DNA of 64,000 nt from Podarcis vaucheri (taxonomy: Eukaryota), in NCBI GenBank assembly GCA_965113315.1, contig OZ220369.1; one strand, written 5' to 3'. Below the pieces are notes generated by a model. That model did not search any database, was not told the origin of the DNA, and saw only the letters and a program-made list of their open reading frames with translations. Of this stretch, positions 56,520 through 64,000 are shown one piece after another (the first letter of the stretch is position 1; each line of letters starts with the position of its first letter). A program made the position numbers and the translations under genes.

Positions 56520-59500
56520 GTGAGCGAGGGGAACGGGCTGCCTTCCATTCACACTCTTGGGCCGCTGAGGGGGCCCTTCTCGCACCGCACTGGCAGCAGC
56601 AGCCGCATTAGTAGTGCCCGGCAGGGTCTTTCCCCGCCCTGCCTTGAGGTGCCATTGGCGGGGCTTCAGCCTCTGAGCCAAAGCCCTTTCCTCAGCGCCC
56701 GCCTCCCCTTGCTGAAGGGCTGGCCCGTTGGCTGCTCCTGCTCATCCTGTCACCGAAGGGCCTCTTCTTTCTCTTGGAGCAGGCCTGAGCGGGGGCGGGA
56801 GTGCTGGTTTAGAGCGGGATCTACAAACAGCAGCTCTGAGGAAGTTGCCTCTCTTCTCTCACTCCTGTATTTCTCCGCTCTCACCACATACCAGGCATAG
56901 AGATAAAGCCCTGAAATAGGTGACACAGAGGCAGGCTGCTGTTCGTATGGTGGAGGGGCCTTATCCAGCCACAGAGAAGACCAAGCTTTTCTCCCTGCAC
57001 GCACCTTGCAAAACTACTTGTCAGCTTGAGTGGGCAAAACTGGGCAAGGTGGACCAGTTTTCTGGCTCCATTTCATTTGTTCATAGATGATTCATTTGTG
57101 GGCATACAGGGTTGCTAATGGCCACCTAAATTAAAAGAAATATATTTCTCATGTTAAACTGGAGCCAGACATGGACCTGGTGAGACAGGATACAGCCTTC
57201 TTGTTCTCCTGTTTTTAGGCTGGTGCGTGAATTTGTGGCTCAGAACAGCACAGCTCAGATCAAGCATGTGATTCAGATTCTTTCTCAGGAGTTTGCACTT
57301 TCCCAGCACCCACATAGTCGAAAAGGGGGGCTTATTGGCCTGGCAGCCTGCTCCATTGCTCTTGGGAAGGTAGGTGGTATTGCTGTTTCTTTGACCCCAT
57401 AGGAGAACATGAGCCCTTGTCCTCTGTTAGAAGAGAGAGGCTGTCTGTTCTAACCTCACATTTGTTCCAGAGGAGGAAGACATTCTGTGATGGGTGACTT
57501 TGGAAATCTAAAAAATGGATTCCAAATTAGTTACAAAATTATTTATCACAATCTCCAAAAATAAGCTTTATGAATAATTAAGCTCTAATGCTGATTTAGT
57601 GCAACGTTAATAAATATCTCCTAGTAACATCTTCATTTATAGGGAAGCATTTAGTCAAGCTGTGTGCTGCTTCCAGCTGCCTTTGACCAATTTCCTGCCA
57701 TTTTCCCTGGCAAAATTTGGGCTTATTCACACATTATTTGGCTAATAAGGAACTCCAAGTTTTGAGCCACCTTTTGTTTATTTTGGCATTGTCGGAAGGG
57801 AACAGGTTCCCTTCCCTCCCATCAGCGGCCAGAAAAGGCAAGGGAGATGGGACTTCTTGTTAGCAGAGTGACAGCTCTTCCTACATTCCTGAAAAGAGGC
57901 TGAATTCTGGCCCATCTCCTCTCACTGTTTAAAATGGACTTTCTTGCCTTTGCTGCATAGTAAGGAGCTTTTGCTCTAGGTTTGGGGTGCCCATATTTTT
58001 TGGCTTTGAGGACACATTTGGAAACTTAAGAAACTGTTGTGGGACCAACAAATGTTCATTTCACAGAAGAATCCCCCCCTTGCCCCCAATCCACATCCCA
58101 AAGACCAACACCAACCCAAAACAGGCACAAAACAAAACAAAACAGGAAACACCCCCCACAACAACTCGCTCCCATCTCATTTTTAAAAAATGGACAAGGG
58201 ATGGAGACTTTAGCACCTGTGTGCCTGAGGAATCTGTGTTGCCCACAAGCATGATGTTGGTGACTCCAGCTGTAGTCAGTGCCTGGGCATTCTGTTCTTA
58301 GCCAGGTTTGCTGGCCCTATTCTAAGCCCCCACCCCCACCCCGGTGCACTTGCAAGAAAGCAGGGGCTCCACTTTGGTGTAGCCACTGCTTAAGTCCATG
58401 GCTCCGCGCCCCCTCTTATCCTTGTGTTTTGATTTGCAGGACTCTGGTCTGTACTTGAAGGAGCTCATTGAGCCTGTGCTGACATGCTTCAATGATGCTG
58501 ACAGCCGCTTGCGGTACTACGCCTGTGAGGCCCTATACAACATCGTGAAGGTGGCCAGAGGCTCTGTCCTCCCCCACTTCAAAGTGCTGTTTGATGGCTT
58601 GAGCAAGGTAATGGGTTTTCTTGACAGGCCAAGAATGTCTCACACATGTAAGAGTTACAGATAGGTAGCCGTGTTGGTCTGCCATAGTCAAAATAAAAAA
58701 ATTCCTTCCAGTAGCACCTTAAAGACCAACTAAGTTAGTTCTTGGTATACCAAGAACTAACTTAGTTGGTCTTTAAGGTGCTACTGGAAGGAATTTTTTT
58801 ATTTTCACACATGTAAGGTCTTTGATGTCCTGTATATTCCTGCTCTGGGGCTCTTTGGAGGTGTGGGTGCTGATTCTGGACAACTGGGGCTGAGAGATGG
58901 CACTGAGGATTTCCATAAGCATCCCCTAGAGGAAAATGTTCCTCCTACATTGATGCCTTCACTCCAGTTCATCCCCCTAATACTAACATGGCTGCAGAAG
59001 AGCTCTGGGAACCTGTCAGAGAGTCTGGTCCAGGGGTCCATGAATGTGCTTTCCAGATCGCTCATGGCAACCATAGCTCGGATGGTGGTGTGCACCTGTG
59101 GGTGGGGCTTGCCTCTGGCTTTGCACACTTTCTGGGCATTTCTGGAGCTCAGTTTATTGTCAGACAGGAGGTGGTGTCCCTGTCCGATTGCTGGGAGTCA
59201 ATAGCCAACAGAAAATAGTTGTCTCTTGGTCAAGTCACTACTAGTGTCTTATGTACATGGCTCAGCCACACCACATACTCTCTCTGTTTTTCCTAGCTTG
59301 CTGCAGATCCAGACCCAAATGTCAAAAGTGGATCTGAACTCCTGGACCGGCTTCTGAAGGTACAGTTCTTCCTGCTGACAGCAGCTCATGATGTGCCGGG
59401 GATCGGTTACAGATGGAGGGATGCATATTTCCAGCATTTGTCTTGGGGTGTTGAATAAGGCAAAGAACCTAGGAATTTGCTTGGCTGATTTCAGGTATCA

Positions 59501-62500
59501 AATTGTGGTATTTGTGATCTCATGTAGAATCCACTATCCTGGTTTTCAAGTTTTAAATATAGAAAGGTGCTAAAAAAGTGAGAATGTTCTTCTGGGTGTG
59601 ATACAAGTGATGAGTAATATGAAAGGTAATTTTGCAGAAAGTGGTGAGTTTGGGTGTTTGCCAGAGTCCCAGGCCAGGAGAGAGACCATGTTCCCAGCAG
59701 CCCTGCCATTCATGCTTTATATGAGGCACCTGAGAAGGCTGGAGACTGTGTTGGAACTAAGTAGCACTGGAATGTGGACCCAACTCCCACAGACAAACGC
59801 TTCTGTTAATTTTTCTAAGGGAATCAGAAATTTATGGGAGTTTGAAAGATGGGAAACTGAAACCAGGTTCATAAAGCAAACTGAGCATGCATAATGCACC
59901 TCTGGCTGGATGCTCTAGCTACTGGCACTGGATCCTAGATTGCTAAGAAACAAGCCATCTTGTTCTAGAGGCAAGGCAGATGCTGCTGACCAGCCTTCTT
60001 CTTTAGAGATCAAAGGTCACCTTCCTTGTTCCCACTGTCCTCTGAGATTGGTTGTTCCCTGAAGAGCAAGCAGAATTACACGAAAGCGAGTTTCCTCTTC
60101 CAGAAGAAACAGAATATCTGAGTTCCCTAGGAAAGGGGAAGAAAAAGCTATACAGTAAAACCTCTGAAGCAGCTTTGGCCTTTGCCTGGGCACCCGGCTG
60201 ATCCACCAGAGGACTTCTCAAGCACTCCAGAGAACAAAGAGCAGATATTTAAAATGGTGTGAGGCTTTGGTCATCTAGGACAAGGGAAACAAACAGGGTT
60301 TTAAAAAAATAAAAGATTGTGAAGATTTGGTTCTTCACAACCTCTATAGAAAACGGACAGGGTGTGATTGTTCTCTGAAAAAAGGCATAGAGTCTAAAAA
60401 ACTAGAAAATGAAAGAGGAACCAGCTCTTCCACAGAATCCCTGTTGGTCATAATACCAAACATGAAAACTAATTTAGCACGGAGGGCATTGCCCTCATGA
60501 CCAGAACTCTGAGGATCAACTGGAAGTGGAGAAAAGTGGGGGGAGAGTGTTGTAATGAGCATGATTTCAACCACATTCACATCAACAGAATAAAAACATA
60601 TTTGGAACACAGTAAATTACCTGAAGTTCTAGGTTTACGAAGCCGCTGTGCCTTAGAAGGGTTCTGGTCATGGAGCCTCCGAGAGTGCAGCAACCAGGAA
60701 CTTAATGCTGGTTTTAATAATTAACCCCCAGGACCTGTGCCCCTGATACAAGTGTTGTTGACTGATCAAGAACACAACGTTACCAAGTGTGTTTGTGTGC
60801 ATATGGATTCCTCTTTTGAAACCAGATGGGACTATGTTTAATATAGTTGGCAATGTTTCACTTTTGTATACATATGGTGGCTGGAGATTTGCCAACTAAG
60901 TTAACTGTAGTTGCATTTGGTTTCAAAAATGGATTTTTTTCAATAAGAAGGAAATTAGTTCAAAAGGAAAATTAAGGACATTAAATCTCTGCAGAATGCT
61001 TGGATATGGGGGGTGTTCAGGGATCATCCTCTTACAAATGCTGAGGTCATACATTCACACAGGAATATAAAGGCAAGTGTTGGCTATCATGATGTGTTCA
61101 ACAAGCATATGAATCAGATTGTAGGACAGCATCAGCCAGAACCCACATCTCTGTTAGGAAAAGACTGGACAGCAGCCCTTAAAGCACCACAATGTTGTCC
61201 GGAACATCTGGAAGACTCCTGGCTGGTGAAGGCTGAGCTTATGCATGGCTGGAAGGCTCTCTTTCCTTTCTAGAGTGGTAGAGGTCCTGGACTTTATGTA
61301 GGGTTCAAGCAGTGATGGGAAGGGAGTCAAGGCTCATTCTCATGCTCATTGGCTCTGACTTTCTAGGACATTGTGACCGAGAGCAACAACTTTGATCTGG
61401 TGAGCTTCATTCCACTGCTGCGTGAGAGAATCTATTCCAACAACCAGTATGCTCGACAGTTTATCATTTCCTGGGTAAGTGTTTTTGGTCTGATGCTGGG
61501 ATTTGTTTCTCTGGCATTTCAAGTGAGCAGTGTGTTTTATAACTGTCAGCTCAGTGTTTTCTGATACTTTGGAATGGATGGTGGTATAAACAGCAGCATG
61601 GGGGTGCTTATTACCTGCTTGGGAAGCAGCTGGAGCTGCTGTGTATATTGTTGCTCTTGGTGGTTCTTTTAGAAACTGCTGGTAACAGGTGATGCATAGT
61701 TCCTTTGTGGAAAGGCCTTTCTTGTTTCTCCTTGGCATTGTTTGCAGTTTGTCACCAGTAACTGCTGACTTCCTGATACCTTCTTTCCAAGCCCTGTTGC
61801 AGGTTTAGCAGAAGGGAGTCCCTTGCTCTGACCACCTGTGTGCCCTGGTTGCATGAAAAGGGCCTTTGAGAGACTTTCTACAGGTGTGGAATTCCTTACC
61901 AGTGAAGACTTGCTGGTGCTGAAGGCACCAGCTCTCTTCTATGTGAGGTGCCTCTTAGTGGCCTAAAATGACCTTTCAGAGTGGGAAAGGCAGATTTCCA
62001 CCTTGTCAGTCTCAAATACTTTGGGGAGCATATTTTAACCTTGAGCTGGCTAAAAATTTAAATGATTAGTGAGGCAAATCTTCCATGTATCTCAAAGACT
62101 TTTGGGGTCTTGTTTCTTTTGAGTGAATGTACATAATGGGGAGATCTGCTATTAAACAAATGAAGCTTAAGCTGCAATGCCCTTAATCCTGGAGGGGCCA
62201 CAAAAGTGAATTCAGTCCACACTGCTTAAAATGTTTAGTTCTAGCAGTAAGGTAAGGTAAAGGGCCACTGGACAGTTAAGTCCAGTCAAAGGCGACTATG
62301 GGGTGCAGCACTCATCTCACTTTTCAGGCCAAGGGAGCCAGCATTTGTCCACAGACAGCTTACTGGGTCATGTGGCCAGCATGACTAAACCACTTCTGGC
62401 ACAACAGAGAATACTGTGATGAAAGCCAGAGCTCATAGAAATGCCATTTACCTTCCCACCGCAGCGGTACCTATTTATCTACTTGCACTGATGTGCTTCA

Positions 62501-63791
62501 AACTGCTAGGTTGGCAGAAGCTGGGACAAAGCAACAGGAGCTCACCCTGTTGCGCTGATTCAAACCACCAACCACAGCACCACCCGCATCCCTAGCTCCT
62601 AGTAGACCCAATTTGAGTTGAGCTTTATTGTATATATTTCAACAATCCTGAGAGTCAGTAGCACAGATGTGAATGTGTGGGGATCTGTCATGGGAACAAC
62701 CCCATTGAAGAAGATAACAGTGGCTACCTAGACCTTGTTTCTGGTTGCAAGGAGCTCCCATGACAGCTCAATCTTCAGGGCCCCCAAAATGTAGGTCCGC
62801 CACTGGCACATAATCTAATTTTCCAGAACACCCCATCTCCTTTAGAAACTCACTTGCTAAAGGCCAGGCTGGGCTGGCTGAAGGCTGCCCCTGAAATGAT
62901 GTTACCCCCACTCTCTGTCCCCTTCCTCCTCTCCCATTATGCAAGCTGCTCTAGGACCCAAAAAGCACCACTTGACATCTTGTGGCAAATCCGGTCTAGG
63001 TCTAAAGAGACACATGCTACTTCTTGCCACTGCGCTTCTGTATCACCTTCCTTTTGTTTGTCTTTTCCCCTTGAGTTAGATCTTGGTTCTGGAGTCAGTT
63101 CCAGATATCAACCTTCTGGATTACCTGCCAGAGATTCTAGATGGCCTCTTCCAGATCCTGGGTGATAACAGCAAGGAGATACGTAAAATGTGAGTGCAGA
63201 GCTGGATCTGGGGATAACTGCTTGGCTGTTGATACGCAGGCTTTGCCCCCCTGTTTCCAGGGCAGTGCTCCATAAGTTGCATCACCACTTCCTTCAACTT
63301 CGACCCAGTTGACACTCTTAAACAGGAAGCAGCAGCTTTGGGTGTGAAGAGGGGGCTGTTGCCTTGTGTGTCCTGCTCAAGAGCTTCCCACAGGGACATC
63401 TTCTCGGCCACATGAAGAATAGGATGCTGGATGAGATGGGCCCATCTTGGTGTGATCCAGCTTCAGGGCTCTATGTTCAAGTGTCTTGGTAGAAACCAAA
63501 GTTTCTAGGCTGGAACCTGTGCTGGATGCCCAGCAAGCAGAGTCTGTCTGTGTGTCCTCTGTCTGGGTGAGGAGAATGAGTGAACAGAAAGGGGCCTCTG
63601 CTTCCCTTTCCACCCTTTCATGTTATTTCCCCTATAGCAGAAGACCTATCTCTGAAACCCCTGCTTTCCCCCCCTTGCACACAGGTGTGAAGTAGCCCTT
63701 GGTGAATTTCTGAAAGAGATCAAGAAGAACCCTTCCAGTGTCAAGTTTGCTGAGATGGCCAACATCTTGGTGATTCACTGCCAGGCTTCTG
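56416..63791 (+). CDS. VAC14: VAC14 component of PIKFYVE complex, exons 1-7 (gene continues beyond window)
   Basis: [43 protein letters not shown]...; coding exon sizes 104/151/168/63/108/110/107 with continuous phase; lies next to the HYDIN 3' end as in human. Confidence 0.97.
57219..57369 (+). CDS. VAC14: VAC14 exon 2
   Basis: ttag|, LVREFVAQ...[19 protein letters not shown], |gtaggt. Confidence 0.96.
58440..58607 (+). CDS. VAC14: VAC14 exon 3
   Basis: gcag|, [13 protein letters not shown]...FDGLSK, |gtaatg. Confidence 0.96.
58653..58805 (-). mobile_element. Penelope-like fragment with inverted 5' duplication (perfect 116-bp palindrome)
   Basis: 12-13-bp TSD (T)CACACATGTAAG (58640-58652, 58805-58817); 58690-58805 is a perfect palindrome; arms are homologous to the 963-1072 insert. 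Confidence 0.8.
59297..59359 (+). CDS. VAC14: VAC14 exon 4
   Basis: ctag|, [21 protein letters not shown], |gtacag. Confidence 0.96.
61367..61474 (+). CDS. VAC14: VAC14 exon 5
   Basis: ctag|, [11 protein letters not shown]...ARQFIISW, |gtaagt. Confidence 0.96.
62247..62592 (-). mobile_element. Older Sauria SINE, antisense, with internal deletion
   Basis: (GGTAA)n reverse tail; reverse head accacagcaccacccgcatccc; homologous to the 22070 copy with CpG decay. Confidence 0.85.
63080..63189 (+). CDS. VAC14: VAC14 exon 6
   Basis: ttag|, [36 protein letters not shown], |gtgagt. Confidence 0.96.
63685..63791 (+). CDS. VAC14: VAC14 exon 7
   Basis: acag|, [35 protein letters not shown], |gtaagt. 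Confidence 0.95.
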
Positions 63792-64000
63792 GTAAGTTAT
63801 TTGTATTTCCAGCCCACCCTTCACCGTATAATCCTCATGTGTGTTCCAGAACCATCACAACTGAAACAAGTATTATTAAAATGAAACCAAAAGACAAAGC
63901 ATAGGAGCAGAACAGAAGCAGCACTGTTCAGCAGTGATGGAGAGAAGAGGAGGGAAGGCTTCCTGGGGAAAGAGAGGCACCTCACCCACCCCTTTCCAGG

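Larger units (their letters stand above)
55930..56820. promoter_or_regulatory. CpG island / VAC14 promoter and first exon
   Basis: Abrupt rise in GC and CpG against a CpG-depleted background; surrounds the VAC14 ATG; boundaries approximate. Confidence 0.85.

Noticed and set aside
56136-56900. 254-aa plus-strand ORF and the antisense ORFs over the VAC14 start
   Set aside because: Expected stop-codon scarcity in a CpG island; low complexity, out of frame with VAC14 and running through a microsatellite.

Overview
Vertebrate genomic DNA, most likely a squamate and probably a lacertid lizard (inferred from Sauria SINEs and other squamate-type repeats; the species cannot be fixed from sequence alone). 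The + strand carries the last 49 coding exons of HYDIN (602-54276). I read them by hand: all introns are GT-AG, phases are continuous, there are no internal stops, and they total about 9.6 kb of CDS (about 3,200 aa). Counted back from the end, they match exons ~38-86 of the 86-exon human gene. About 2.1 kb after the HYDIN stop, a CpG-island promoter leads into exons 1-7 of VAC14 (56416-63791) on the same strand, the same arrangement as in human. Introns hold Sauria and other tRNA-derived SINEs, L2/L1/CR1 remnants, Tc1-mariner and hAT MITEs (several nested, with clean TSDs) and microsatellites. Most ORFs in the supplied track are exon read-throughs or noise. The most unusual signal is three short Penelope-like fragments with hammerhead-ribozyme remnants. 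One is a TSD-flanked insertion in VAC14 intron 3 containing a perfect, spacer-less 116-bp palindrome whose axis falls on the predicted hammerhead cleavage site. A mirrored pair of CLEAR/E-box motifs plus a YY1/uORF element in the VAC14 promoter is also notable. No prokaryotic systems or CRISPR arrays were found.
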